64,000 bases of DNA from Pseudomonadales bacterium (GTDB taxonomy: Bacteria; Pseudomonadota; Gammaproteobacteria; Pseudomonadales; UBA7434), in assembly GCA_965216795.1 (NCBI GenBank), contig OZ244196.1, positions 3,231,681 through 3,295,680 of the forward strand, read 5' to 3'. Shown here in pieces: positions 39,040-48,533 of the stretch. The position numbers were made by a program, and so were the translations under genes. Every line of letters starts with the position of its first letter. Position 1 is the stretch's first letter. Under the pieces are notes generated by a model. The model was not told the origin of the DNA. It searched no databases and was given only the letters and a program-made list of their open reading frames with translations.

Positions 39040-39055
39040 TGGCACCCGGATTGCA
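39040..39055 (+). promoter_or_regulatory. Sigma54 (RpoN) promoter upstream of nasT
   Basis: Exact consensus TGGCAC-CCGGA-TTGCA. It ends 55 nt before the nasT ATG. Confidence 0.7.
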
Positions 39056-39110
39056 AGACCAGCACTGTATTGTGTTCTCGTTGTTGGCGTAAAGCCTTTG
39101 TGAGCCCCGA

Positions 39111-39683
39111 ATGCGTGTTGTACTGGTCGACGACAACACTGAGCGAGTGACCCACTTGAGTGCGTCGCTCGCCAGAATGGGTATTGAAGTGTGCAGTGTT
39201 GTCGAAAATCCACTTCGCCTGCTCAAAATTATTGAGCAAACCGCCCCGGACGTAATCCTGATCGATATGGAGTCGCCCGGGCGGGACATCCTCGACAGCC
39301 TGTCGATTCTGAGCGAGCACCAGCCGACACCGGTGGTCATGTTCTGCGATAGCGAGGATCCGGGCTTCATCAGCCAGGCTGTTGACGCCGGGGTCTCTAC
39401 CTACCTGCTGGGCAGTGATGTGGAGCCCGCCCAGGTTCGGCCGGTCATTGATGTTGCGATAGCGCAGTTCAGGAGTTTCCAGGCTTTGCGCAGTGAGCTA
39501 CACCAGACTCGCTCGGAACTGGCGGGTAGGGGTGTTATCGACCGCGCCAAGGCGTTGGTCATGCGGCGCTATAACCTGACCGAAAGCGAAGCCTATGCCA
39601 GCCTGCGCAAGACCGCGATGGATCGCAATGTAAAGCTGGTCCATGTCGCCCAGCGTATTCTTGATGAGGGGGGCGAGTCGTGA
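39111..39683 (+). CDS. nasT: Nitrate-responsive antiterminator NasT (REC + ANTAR)
   Basis: REC domain (VVLVDDN, ILIDMESPGRD) and a C-terminal ANTAR domain (GVIDRAKALVMRRYNLTESEAYASLRKTAMDRNVKLVHVAQRIL). Confidence 0.9.
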   Translation: MRVVLVDDNTERVTHLSASLARMGIEVCSVVENPLRLLKIIEQTAPDVILIDMESPGRDILDSLSILSEHQPTPVVMFCDSEDPGFISQAVDAGVSTYLLGSDVEPAQVRPVIDVAIAQFRSFQALRSELHQTRSELAGRGVIDRAKALVMRRYNLTESEAYASLRKTAMDRNVKLVHVAQRILDEGGES

Positions 39684-40801
39684 GCGACGCGACACTCGAT
39701 CGGCTGCTGCCGCCAGCGGAAAAAACCAGCCTCGCGCTGGGATACCTGCCACTTTGCGATGCGGCGCCGCTGCTGGTTGCAGAGCACCTGGGGCTCTACC
39801 AGCGGCTTGGCCTGGAGGTGACCTTGCAACGGGAAATATCCTGGGCCAATGTTCGCGACAAGCTGGTCAGTGGTGCACTCGATGCAGCCCAGATGCTGGC
39901 CCCCTTGCCGCCGATGGCGACGCTCGGTATCAGTGGCCTGCGCAAGACAATGGTGTCGAGTATGACACTGTCGCGCAACGGTAACGGCATAACACTCAAT
40001 CGCCAGCTGGTCGACGAGGCACTGGATCGCGGCTTTACCCCGGATCAGCCTGCCTCGCTGGCTGCGTTCATCAGGCAGCGATCGCAGGTCGATGGCAAGA
40101 AGCCCACCTTCGCGACCGTCCACGCCTTTTCCAACCATACGGTGCTGCTCAGGAAGTGGCTCCGCAGCGGGGGGGTGGATCCGGACACCGATATTGCCAT
40201 GCTGGTCGTGCCGCCGTCGCAGATGGTGGATAGCCTCGACTCGGGCATAGTCGATGGTATCAGCGTGGGGGAGCCCTGGAATTCACTGGCCCTGCAGTCC
40301 GGTGTGGGCATGATTGCGGCCGACAGTACCGACTACCTGTCCGGCAGTGCCGAAAAGGTGTTGTGCACGCAGCAGGACTGGCAGCGCTGCCATACCGGCA
40401 CGCTCGCGCGTTTGTTGGTTGCCTTGCTGCTGGCCTGCCAGTGGCTGGGCAGCATGAAGAACCGTGAACAGGCGGCGACGTTGCTCTCGCAACCTGGTTA
40501 CCTGGGGCTGGATGAAGCCCTGATGCGGCCAGCGCTGGGTGCCCTGGTCGATGCGCGAAACCGTGAACCGGGCGGCTTCGCCAGCCCCATCGTGTTCTAT
40601 GGGCCGGGTGTCAATCGGCCGTCCATTGCCGAGTGCGAGCAGTTTATATTGAACTGTACGGCGCCGATGGGCGCGCCGCTATCCACCAAGACGATCAAGT
40701 CACTGGCACAGGCGTCCTCCGACCCGACCTTCTTTGATTACGCCTTCGAGAAATTCCAGCAACTGTCGACCGAGGAGTACACCGGTCTTGCGCACCATTG
40801 A
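39680..40801 (+). CDS. nasS: Cytoplasmic NrtA-like nitrate/nitrite sensor NasS
   Basis: GTG overlaps the nasT stop (GTGA). No signal peptide. NMT1/NrtA-like fold pattern (LGYLPLCDAAPLLVAEHLGLY). Paired with nasT. Confidence 0.85.
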   Translation: MSDATLDRLLPPAEKTSLALGYLPLCDAAPLLVAEHLGLYQRLGLEVTLQREISWANVRDKLVSGALDAAQMLAPLPPMATLGISGLRKTMVSSMTLSRNGNGITLNRQLVDEALDRGFTPDQPASLAAFIRQRSQVDGKKPTFATVHAFSNHTVLLRKWLRSGGVDPDTDIAMLVVPPSQMVDSLDSGIVDGISVGEPWNSLALQSGVGMIAADSTDYLSGSAEKVLCTQQDWQRCHTGTLARLLVALLLACQWLGSMKNREQAATLLSQPGYLGLDEALMRPALGALVDARNREPGGFASPIVFYGPGVNRPSIAECEQFILNCTAPMGAPLSTKTIKSLAQASSDPTFFDYAFEKFQQLSTEEYTGLAHH

Positions 40802-40820
40802 GCGACCATGGCCGGAAAAT

Positions 40821-40837
40821 CGCACCGCCGCTGTGCG
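40821..40837 (+). promoter_or_regulatory. Possible NtrC binding site
   Basis: cGCACC-N5-tGTGCg, against TGCACC-N5-GGTGCA. Lies about 65 nt upstream of the sigma54-like promoter. Confidence 0.3.
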
Positions 40838-40901
40838 TATTCATCGGCATGCCAGTTGCTCGAGCGGCCAAAAACAGCGTAGTTATCGGCTTTTTCGCAG
40901 T

Positions 40902-40917
40902 TGGCACGCTTATTGAT
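40902..40917 (+). promoter_or_regulatory. Sigma54-type promoter candidate for the nrt-nir-nas operon
   Basis: TGGCAC-GCTTA-TTGAT, one mismatch to TGGCAC-N5-TTGCA. Confidence 0.5.
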
Positions 40918-40971
40918 AGTCTTTAATTGTCGCGTTTAGCTCGACGCACAACGCTACATACATATCCGCTA

Positions 40972-40985
40972 GGGTAATGGCGCCC
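40972..40985 (+). promoter_or_regulatory. Hexaloop mini-hairpin (candidate ANTAR/NasT target) overlapping the terminator 5' arm
   Basis: GGGU-AAUGGC-GCCC. The loop has A1 and G4. The 3' arm (40982-85) forms the first 4 nt of the terminator stem. Same architecture as 37750-37761. Confidence 0.4.
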
Positions 40986-41032
40986 GCCGCATTGTGAGAT
41001 TGGTCTCCCCTCATGCGGCGGGCTTTTTTTTT
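40982..41032 (+). terminator. Rho-independent terminator in the nrtA leader
   Basis: GCCCGCCGCAT ... ATGCGGCGGGC forms an 11-bp stem with a 20-nt loop. It is followed by nine T residues and lies 34 nt before the nrtA ATG. Confidence 0.8.
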
Positions 41033-41066
41033 GAGTCGTATTTTTTATCTGTGGGGTAAGTTGAAG

Positions 41067-42440
41067 ATGAAAGCCAGACGAATGGTCAGCCATCTCGCAA
41101 ATGGTTTGATGACATTATTGTTGCTAACAGTGTGTGCCGGAGCAGTGGCCGAAATCGGTGAGCCCGAAAAGGATGAGCTGACGTTTGGTTTTATCAAGCT
41201 GACCGACATGGCGCCGATCGCGATCGCCTACGAGCGCGGCTACTTTGAAGATGAGGGTCTGTTTGTGACGATCGAGGCCCAGGCCAACTGGAAAGTGCTG
41301 CTCGATGGCGTTATCGATGGCCAGCTCGATGGTGCGCATATGCTGGCAGGCCAGCCGCTGGCAGCAACGATTGGCTTTGGCACCAAATCCCATATCGTGA
41401 CGCCGTTTTCAATGGACCTGAACGGCAACGGCATTACCGTCTCCAACGCAGTTTGGGAGGCGATGAAGCCCAATATTCCGAAAATGGACGATGGCCGGCC
41501 TGTGCACCCGATCAAGGCCGACTACCTCAAGCCGGTCGTGGAGCAGTACCGCGATGAGGGCAAGCCCTTCAATATGGGCATGGTGTTCCCGGTCTCTACG
41601 CACAACTACGAACTGCGCTACTGGCTGGCGGCGGGCGGGCTGCACCCCGGCTTCTACGCACCGCACAAGGGCGATATCGCCGGCCAGATTGACGCTGATG
41701 TCCTGCTGTCAGTCACGCCACCACCGCAAATGCCCGCTACTCTTGAGGCCGGCACGATCTACGGTTACTGCGTCGGAGAGCCCTGGAACCAGCAGGCTGT
41801 GTTCAAGGGGATCGGCGTGCCGGTCATTACCGACTATGAAATCTGGAAAGATAACCCTGAAAAAGTTTTCGGTATGACGCGCGAGTTCACCGAGAAGTAC
41901 CCGAACACCACGGTGCGTATCGTCAAGGCCCTGATCAGGGCGGCCAAGTGGCTCGATGAGAATGACAATGCCAACCGGATGGAGGCGGTGAAAATCCTTG
42001 CACGGGGTGAGTATGTGGGGGCCGACGTTGAGGTTATCGCAAACTCCATGACCGGCACTTTCGAGTACGAGAAAGGCGACAAGCGACCAGTGCCCGACTT
42101 CAATGTGTTCTTCCGCTACTTCGCCACCTATCCCTACTACTCGGATGCGGTCTGGTACCTCAGCCAGATGCGACGCTGGGGTCAGATCTCTGAGCCGATG
42201 CCCGACGAGTGGTATCACGATGTCGCGAAGAAGGTGTACCGCCCCGATATCTACCGCGTTGCGGCCACTGAACTGATCAAGGAGGGTCATCTTGAAGCGG
42301 CTGATTTTCCGGATTTTGAAACCGAGACGGGTTTCCGTCCCGAGCAAACCGAGTTTATCGATGGCATCTCGTTTGATGGGCTCAAGCCAAACGAATACCT
42401 GTCGAAGTTCCCGATCGGCCTGAAGGATGAAGTCCTGTGA
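41067..42440 (+). CDS. nrtA: Nitrate/nitrite ABC transporter periplasmic substrate-binding protein
   Basis: Signal peptide [28 protein letters not shown]. NrtA-type motifs [15 protein letters not shown] and [13 protein letters not shown]. Confidence 0.9.
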   Translation: MKARRMVSHLANGLMTLLLLTVCAGAVAEIGEPEKDELTFGFIKLTDMAPIAIAYERGYFEDEGLFVTIEAQANWKVLLDGVIDGQLDGAHMLAGQPLAATIGFGTKSHIVTPFSMDLNGNGITVSNAVWEAMKPNIPKMDDGRPVHPIKADYLKPVVEQYRDEGKPFNMGMVFPVSTHNYELRYWLAAGGLHPGFYAPHKGDIAGQIDADVLLSVTPPPQMPATLEAGTIYGYCVGEPWNQQAVFKGIGVPVITDYEIWKDNPEKVFGMTREFTEKYPNTTVRIVKALIRAAKWLDENDNANRMEAVKILARGEYVGADVEVIANSMTGTFEYEKGDKRPVPDFNVFFRYFATYPYYSDAVWYLSQMRRWGQISEPMPDEWYHDVAKKVYRPDIYRVAATELIKEGHLEAADFPDFETETGFRPEQTEFIDGISFDGLKPNEYLSKFPIGLKDEVL

Positions 42441-43408
42441 CAAGCCTGACCTTTGAATCCATCAAGTTGCCGCATTGGAAGGCACCTGCATTCGTCAGCG
42501 ACGCATTGCTGGCGAGCACCGGGATTGTCATATTCCTGCTGCTTTGGCACGCCGTCGCCGGCTCAATACAGACCTCGCTGGGCCAGTTTCCTGGCCCGGC
42601 GCAGGTCTATGAGCAGTCGGCCAACCTCTACGAGGAGCACCAGCAACAACGTGCCAAGGCAGCGGCTTTCTATGAGAGGCAGGAAAAGCGCAACGCCGAC
42701 AAGCTCGCGCGCGACCCCGACGCGGTGGTCAAATGGCGGGTATACACGGGTTCGCCAACCTTCCTCGACCAGATCCTGACCAGTCTCAAGACGGTGATGT
42801 TCGGTTTTGCGATCGCCTCGCTGATCGCGGTGCCGGTTGGCATCATCTGTGGCCTCAGCAACCGGGTTTACACCGCGGTTAACCCGATTATCCAGGTGCT
42901 CAAGCCGGTGTCACCACTGGCGTGGTTGCCGCTGGTGACCATGGTTGTCTCGGCGGTCTATGTGAGTGAGGACCCGTTCTTCCAGAAGTCCTTCCTGAAT
43001 TCGGCATTTACTGTCGCGCTGTGTTGCCTGTGGCCGACCCTGATCAACACCACTGTCGGGGTTGCGGGCATTGACCGTGATCTTGTCAACGTCGGTCGCG
43101 TGATCAAGCTTGGGTCGCTGACCAATATTGTGAAAATCGTATTGCCTGCATCGATTCCTCACATCTTTACCGGGCTGCGGCTGTCGCTGGCGACGGGCTG
43201 GATGGTGTTGATCGCCGCCGAGATGCTGGCGCAGAACCCTGGTCTTGGAAAATTCATCTGGGACGAATTCCAGAACGGATCATCCAGCTCACTGGGCAGG
43301 ATTATGGTCGCGGTAATTACTGTCGGCCTGATAGGTTTCATGCTCGATCGTCTGATGCTGCTGTTGCAGCGCTACGTCAGCTGGGACAAGCAGGCAGTGC
43401 TGCGCTAG
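42437..43408 (+). CDS. nrtB: Nitrate ABC transporter permease
   Basis: Multiple TM segments. BPD-transporter EAA-like loop ([21 protein letters not shown]). The start overlaps the nrtA stop. Confidence 0.9.
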   Translation: MTSLTFESIKLPHWKAPAFVSDALLASTGIVIFLLLWHAVAGSIQTSLGQFPGPAQVYEQSANLYEEHQQQRAKAAAFYERQEKRNADKLARDPDAVVKWRVYTGSPTFLDQILTSLKTVMFGFAIASLIAVPVGIICGLSNRVYTAVNPIIQVLKPVSPLAWLPLVTMVVSAVYVSEDPFFQKSFLNSAFTVALCCLWPTLINTTVGVAGIDRDLVNVGRVIKLGSLTNIVKIVLPASIPHIFTGLRLSLATGWMVLIAAEMLAQNPGLGKFIWDEFQNGSSSSLGRIMVAVITVGLIGFMLDRLMLLLQRYVSWDKQAVLR

Positions 43409-43445
43409 GCGCGGCGCTGCGACATGAACGCAATGAGGTAATAGC

Positions 43446-44339
43446 ATGTCAGCATTTCTTGATATCAGCCAGGTCAGCAAACGATTCAATACCGACAGTG
43501 GTGAATTCGAAGCACTGAGAAACGTCGACCTGAAAATCCGCCAGGGCGAATTTGTCTCGCTGATTGGTCACTCCGGCTGTGGCAAGTCGACGGTACTGAA
43601 TATTGTCGCCGGCCTGCTGCCTGCGTCACTGGGCGGTGTGTTCCTCGAGGGCAGGCAAATTGACGAGCCTGGCCCGGATCGCGCAGTGGTTTTCCAGCAT
43701 CACGCGCTGATGCCCTGGTTGAGCGTTTACGAGAATGTGGAGCTTGCGGTAAAAGCGGTGTTCAAGGGCAGGAAGAGCAAGGCCGAGATCCGCGAGTGGA
43801 TCCTGCACAACCTGGCGCTGGTCAATATGTCGCACGCGGTAGAGAAGATGCCGCACGAAATATCCGGGGGTATGAAGCAGCGCGTGGGCATTGCCCGGGC
43901 GCTGGCGATGCAGCCAAAAGTCCTGCTGATGGATGAGCCCTTTGGCGCGCTCGATGCCCTGACCCGGGCCCAGCTGCAGGACAGCACGATGAAGATCCAG
44001 TCCGAGTTGGGCAACACCGTGATCATGATCACACATGATGTGGACGAAGCGGTGTTGTTGTCCGATCGCATTGTCATGATGACAAATGGCCCTGCCGCAA
44101 CCGTCGGGCAGGTGGTCGATGTGAACCTGCCGCGGCCTCGTGACCGGTTGAGCCTGGCCGAGGATGCGCAGTTTAACCACTGCCGGAAACTGGTGCTCGA
44201 CTTCCTCTACTCAGCGCATGACAAGAAAAGTGACGCGGAGGCGTTGGCGGAAAGTAAATGCGATGACGCTGCAGTGGAGGCGGTGGATAGTACCGCCTCG
44301 CCGGCAAGTCATCCGCCAGAGGGCTCCAAGGCAGCCTGA
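43446..44339 (+). CDS. Nitrate ABC transporter ATP-binding protein
   Basis: Walker A GHSGCGKST, signature ISGGMKQRV and Walker B LLMDEPFGALD. Confidence 0.92.
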   Translation: MSAFLDISQVSKRFNTDSGEFEALRNVDLKIRQGEFVSLIGHSGCGKSTVLNIVAGLLPASLGGVFLEGRQIDEPGPDRAVVFQHHALMPWLSVYENVELAVKAVFKGRKSKAEIREWILHNLALVNMSHAVEKMPHEISGGMKQRVGIARALAMQPKVLLMDEPFGALDALTRAQLQDSTMKIQSELGNTVIMITHDVDEAVLLSDRIVMMTNGPAATVGQVVDVNLPRPRDRLSLAEDAQFNHCRKLVLDFLYSAHDKKSDAEALAESKCDDAAVEAVDSTASPASHPPEGSKAA

Positions 44340-44361
44340 CGGTGGCCCGGGCGTGAGTGAC

Positions 44362-45567
44362 ATGGTCATCGATTGTGATATCGCGGTAATTGGCGCAGGT
44401 ATGGCCGCAGGCCGCTTGCTCAATCGCCTCGCGGAGGCCGACTACGCCGGTAGCGTTGCTGTCATCAGCAAAGAGGCGCACGCGGGCTACAACAGGATAC
44501 TGCTGCCCGATTACCTGGCTGGCCAGTGCTCGATCGAGCAGATGGAGCCCTGGCCCGAAGTCGGCGGTGTACTGCCACAGAAGCTAAGGCGTTTCGATCG
44601 CTGTGAAGTCCGCGCCGTCGACCTCGCGCAGAAATCCGCCGAGCTAAGTAGCGGTGAGCATATTCGCTGGCGAACCCTGGTGTTTGCCAACGGCGCCACG
44701 GTGCCAGGAGCGGGCGCCACCGATCAGCAGCGCGATAACGTCCAGACGCTGCGCTCGATCGCCGATTGCGATGCACTGCGCCAGACCCTCTCGCCCAAAA
44801 CCCGGATTGTCGTGGTGGGCGGTGGCCTGCTGGGGCTGGAGGCGGCCAGTGCCTTGCACTCACAGTGTGCGCAGGTGCATGTGATCCATCGCAATCCACT
44901 GTTGATGAACAGGCAGCTCGATCGGGAGTCGAGCGAACTGCTGCTCGGGGCGCTGCAGGCGATGGGCATCGATTTCAGCCTCGGCCGCACTATCAAGGCC
45001 CTTGTCGGTGAGTCACGCGTTGACGAAATCCGGCTCGACGATGGCAGTTGCCTGCCCTGTGACCGGCTGGTGCTTGCCACCGGCACGCGCGCGGACGACA
45101 GCCTGGCGCGCCGCGCCGGACTGGCCTGTGATGGAGGCATCTGTGTGGATGCGACGCTGCGGACATCGCACCCGGATGTGTATGCGCTCGGTGAGTGTGC
45201 CGCGCAGGAGGGCGTGCAGTACGCACTGGTCGCGCCGATTTACCAGCAGGCCGATGCACTGGCTGGCACGCTGCTGGGTGGTAAACCGCAGACAGCCAGG
45301 ATCGATGCGCCCTTTACTCGCCTCAAGGTCAAGGCATTGTCGCTGATTTCCATGGGCGATATTGCGGCCATGGGAAAGGAGGGGGTGGAGGACTACATCG
45401 TCCGCGATCACAGCGAGGGCGTTTATCGCCGACTGGTATTCGACGGCGCACGGCTGATCGCCGCCGTACTCTGGGGTAGCACGCGAGCATCGGGCGCAAT
45501 TGCCCAGCGGCTGGGCAGTGAGGTTGCGCTCAGCGATCGCGACCGCCTGCTGTTCGGCACGATCTAG
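44362..45567 (+). CDS. FAD/NAD(P)H-dependent pyridine nucleotide-disulfide oxidoreductase (NirB-N-terminal-like; probable electron-transfer subunit of nitrate reductase)
   Basis: Dinucleotide folds VIGAGMAAG and VVGGGLLGLEAA, plus YALGECA. ATG 44362 was chosen because the track ORF's 66-codon extension overlaps the ATPase gene. Confidence 0.8.
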   Translation: MVIDCDIAVIGAGMAAGRLLNRLAEADYAGSVAVISKEAHAGYNRILLPDYLAGQCSIEQMEPWPEVGGVLPQKLRRFDRCEVRAVDLAQKSAELSSGEHIRWRTLVFANGATVPGAGATDQQRDNVQTLRSIADCDALRQTLSPKTRIVVVGGGLLGLEAASALHSQCAQVHVIHRNPLLMNRQLDRESSELLLGALQAMGIDFSLGRTIKALVGESRVDEIRLDDGSCLPCDRLVLATGTRADDSLARRAGLACDGGICVDATLRTSHPDVYALGECAAQEGVQYALVAPIYQQADALAGTLLGGKPQTARIDAPFTRLKVKALSLISMGDIAAMGKEGVEDYIVRDHSEGVYRRLVFDGARLIAAVLWGSTRASGAIAQRLGSEVALSDRDRLLFGTI

Positions 45568-45627
45568 CCAGGCGCAGCGGTTGATTCGAACGAGTAACAA
45601 AGATGCACAATACGGGGAGCAAATAAC

Positions 45628-48156
45628 GTGATGCATGTAGTTGTTGTGGGTAATGGCATGGTGGGAAATCATTTCCTGCTGAGTCTGGCGGCCAGGGCCA
45701 AAGAATCCGGTGCGGTGCAGATCACCGTTATCGGCGAGGAGCCCCGCATCGCCTACGACCGGGTCCACCTGTCCGAGGTGTTTGCCGGTAAGGCGCCCGA
45801 AGCACTCGCGCTATCGAGCGAAGCGGAGTACCGTGAAGCCGGTATTGCGTTTGAGTTTGGCCGCAAGGTGACCGCGATCGATCGCCAGCAGCAGTCGGTG
45901 ACGCTGGCAGATGGTGAGTCGATACATTACGACGAGCTGGTGCTTGCCACCGGCTCCTATCCTTTCGTTCCGCCGATTCCCGGTGCCGACCACGCCCGCT
46001 GCTTTGTCTACCGCACGATCGATGACCTGGACCAGATCCGTGCGGCAGCCGGAGCAGCGCGGCGTGGCGTCGTCGTCGGCGGCGGCCTGCTGGGCCTTGA
46101 ATGTGCCAATGCGCTGCAAAACCTGGGGCTTGAGACCCACGTGGTCGAGTTTGCTCCCGGCCTGATGGGTGTCCAGCTCGATCCGGACGGCAGCGAGGTG
46201 CTGCGCGAGCATATTGAGCAGTTGGGTGTCGTGGTGCATACCGACAAGGCCACCCAGGTCATCGAGGAGCAGGGCGACGGGTTGGTCATGCGCTTTGCTG
46301 ATGACAGTGAATTGCTCACTGACATGATTGTTTTCTCTGCCGGCATCCGCCCCAACGATGAACTGGCCAGGCAATCGGGTATGGCAACAGGGCCTCGCGG
46401 CGGTATCGAAGTTGATGAGCGCTGCCGGGTGGTTGGCGAGGACAGGGTGCACGCGATCGGCGAGTGCGCACTGTATGACGGCAAGATCTTTGGCCTGGTA
46501 GCGCCGGGGTATCGCATGGCGGAAGTTGCCGCCGATCACCTGTGTGGCGGGGACAGCGAGTTTCGTGGTGCCGACATGAGCACCAAGCTGAAACTGATGG
46601 GTGTGGAAGTGGCATCGATTGGTGATGCCAAGGCCGCTGCCAATGGCGCGCTCAGCTATCGGTTCTCAGACCCGGTCAAACGCGTGTACCAGCGGCTCAA
46701 CCTCAGTGAGGATGGCAGCAAGGTCATCGGTGCCGTGCTGGTTGGCTCTACGGAACACTACGACCAGATCCACCAGTATTTCGCCAATGAGCTAGCCACC
46801 CCGGAATCGCCCGAGGCGCTGATTATGCCCGGCGTTGATAGCGCCGACGCCGGGTTGCTGGCTGGCCAGCTGCCGGACTCCGCGACGATCTGTTCCTGCC
46901 ACAACGTCAGCAAGGGCGCGGTGGTCGCCCAGGTTGATGCAGGCTGCGTCGAGCTGGCAGAGCTGAAGGCCTGTACCAGGGCCAGCACCGGCTGTGGTGG
47001 CTGCGCAGCGCTACTCAAGTCGGTGTTCGATACCGAGCTTGAACAGCGGGGAGTGGTGGTCGATAAATCGATATGCGAGCACTTCGAATACACGCGACAG
47101 GAGCTGTTTCACCTGTGCAAAGTCGGCCAGATCAAGGACTTTGCAAGCCTGCTCGAGCGCCATGGACGAGGCCGCGGCTGTGATATCTGCAAACCGGCTG
47201 CCGCGTCGATATTCGCATCGCTGTGGAATGAGTACATTCTTGAATCGCAGCACGCAGGCAACCAGGATACCAATGATCACCTGCTTGCAAATATGCAAAA
47301 GAATGGCACCTACTCGGTTGTTCCCCGTGTGCCTGGCGGCGAAATTACCCCCGAGAAACTGATCGTGCTCGGCGAGGTGGCAAAAAAATATGACCTCTAC
47401 ACGAAAATCACCGGTGGCCAGCGCATTGACCTGTTCGGGGCCCGCGCCGAAGAGCTGCCGCTGATCTGGCGAGAGCTGATAGACGCCGGCTTTGAAACCG
47501 GCCACGCCTACGGCAAGGCAATGCGCACGGTCAAGAGCTGCGTCGGCAGTACCTGGTGTCGCTATGGTGTGCAGGACTCGGTGCAGATGGCCTTGCTGAT
47601 AGAGAATCGCTACAAGGGCCTGCGCTCGCCACACAAGCTCAAGCTCGCTGTCTCGGGCTGCACACGCGAATGCGCCGAAGCACAGAGCAAGGACGTCGGT
47701 GTGATCGCTACCGAGTCAGGCTGGAACCTCTACGTTGGCGGCAATGGCGGGATGCGGCCGCGTCACGCTGAGCTATTCGCGACGGACCTGGATGATGAGA
47801 CCCTGGTTCGGTACATCGACCGCTTCCTGATGTTCTATGTCAAAACTGCGGACAGGCTGCAGCGCACCTCGGTGTGGATGGAATCACTGGAGGGTGGGCT
47901 TGATTATCTTCGCGAGGTGATTATCGATGACAGCCTGGGCATCGCCGCGGATCTTGAGCAACAGATGGCGACCGTGATCGATACCTATCAGTGTGAGTGG
48001 AAGACCACCATCGAAAGCCCTGAAAAGCTGAAGCGATTCCGCAGTTTTGCGAATACCAACCAGCCTGATCCCTCAGTGGTGTTCGTGCGTGAACGCGGGC
48101 AGCGTCGGCCCGCGCGTGACGATGAAATTGAAGAGCAGTTGATCAAGGTCTCATGA
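45628..48156 (+). CDS. nirB: NAD(P)H-nitrite reductase large subunit
   Basis: VVVGNGMVG, a BFD-like CSCHNVSKG..GCGGC, and the siroheme/4Fe-4S motifs SCVGSTWCRYG and SGCTRECAEA. 842 aa. Confidence 0.95.
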   Translation: MMHVVVVGNGMVGNHFLLSLAARAKESGAVQITVIGEEPRIAYDRVHLSEVFAGKAPEALALSSEAEYREAGIAFEFGRKVTAIDRQQQSVTLADGESIHYDELVLATGSYPFVPPIPGADHARCFVYRTIDDLDQIRAAAGAARRGVVVGGGLLGLECANALQNLGLETHVVEFAPGLMGVQLDPDGSEVLREHIEQLGVVVHTDKATQVIEEQGDGLVMRFADDSELLTDMIVFSAGIRPNDELARQSGMATGPRGGIEVDERCRVVGEDRVHAIGECALYDGKIFGLVAPGYRMAEVAADHLCGGDSEFRGADMSTKLKLMGVEVASIGDAKAAANGALSYRFSDPVKRVYQRLNLSEDGSKVIGAVLVGSTEHYDQIHQYFANELATPESPEALIMPGVDSADAGLLAGQLPDSATICSCHNVSKGAVVAQVDAGCVELAELKACTRASTGCGGCAALLKSVFDTELEQRGVVVDKSICEHFEYTRQELFHLCKVGQIKDFASLLERHGRGRGCDICKPAAASIFASLWNEYILESQHAGNQDTNDHLLANMQKNGTYSVVPRVPGGEITPEKLIVLGEVAKKYDLYTKITGGQRIDLFGARAEELPLIWRELIDAGFETGHAYGKAMRTVKSCVGSTWCRYGVQDSVQMALLIENRYKGLRSPHKLKLAVSGCTRECAEAQSKDVGVIATESGWNLYVGGNGGMRPRHAELFATDLDDETLVRYIDRFLMFYVKTADRLQRTSVWMESLEGGLDYLREVIIDDSLGIAADLEQQMATVIDTYQCEWKTTIESPEKLKRFRSFANTNQPDPSVVFVRERGQRRPARDDEIEEQLIKVS

Positions 48157-48527
48157 ACCGGACGGGACAGGAAACGATGTATACAACAGCAGAACAGTTA
48201 CGCGGTGGTACGGTCGTCTGCCAGCAAGCCGATCTTGTCGCCAACGGCGGTGTGGCGGTGTTGCTCGATGGGCAGCAAATTGCGCTTTTCTACCTGCCCG
48301 ACGAGCAGCCCGCACTCTACGCGCTCTCGAACTGGGACCCGATTGGCAAGGCAAATGTCATGTCGCGTGGCATCCTGGGTGACAAGGGGGGAGAGTTGGT
48401 GGTCGCATCACCGCTTTACAAGCAGCACTTCAGGCTGAGCGATGGCCAGTGTCTTGAGGACGCGGATGTCTGCCTGGTCAGTTACCCGGCGGTGATTGAA
48501 GACGGGGTGGTGCTGGTCAGCACCTGA
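48153..48527 (+). CDS. nirD: Nitrite reductase small subunit
   Basis: Rieske-like fold without cluster ligands (ALSNWDPIGKANVMSRGILGD..SPLYKQHFRL). ATGA overlap with nirB. An alternative ATG lies at 48177. Confidence 0.88.
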   Translation: MNRTGQETMYTTAEQLRGGTVVCQQADLVANGGVAVLLDGQQIALFYLPDEQPALYALSNWDPIGKANVMSRGILGDKGGELVVASPLYKQHFRLSDGQCLEDADVCLVSYPAVIEDGVVLVST

Positions 48528-48533
48528 TAGCGA

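Noticed and set aside
37818-39320. 500-aa ORF antisense to the porin and the start of nasT.
   Set aside because: Its translation has no recognisable motifs and shows typical GC-rich antisense composition. The plus strand encodes a porin with a signal peptide and alternating beta-strand pattern, followed by a motif-rich NasT.
44164-44361. Upstream extensions of the FAD oxidoreductase ORF (44164-44361) and of the cobA ORF (50981-51175).
   Set aside because: Both overlap the 3' ends of well-supported upstream genes. Both have canonical internal ATG starts that place the dinucleotide-binding or GAGPGD motif at the N-terminus.
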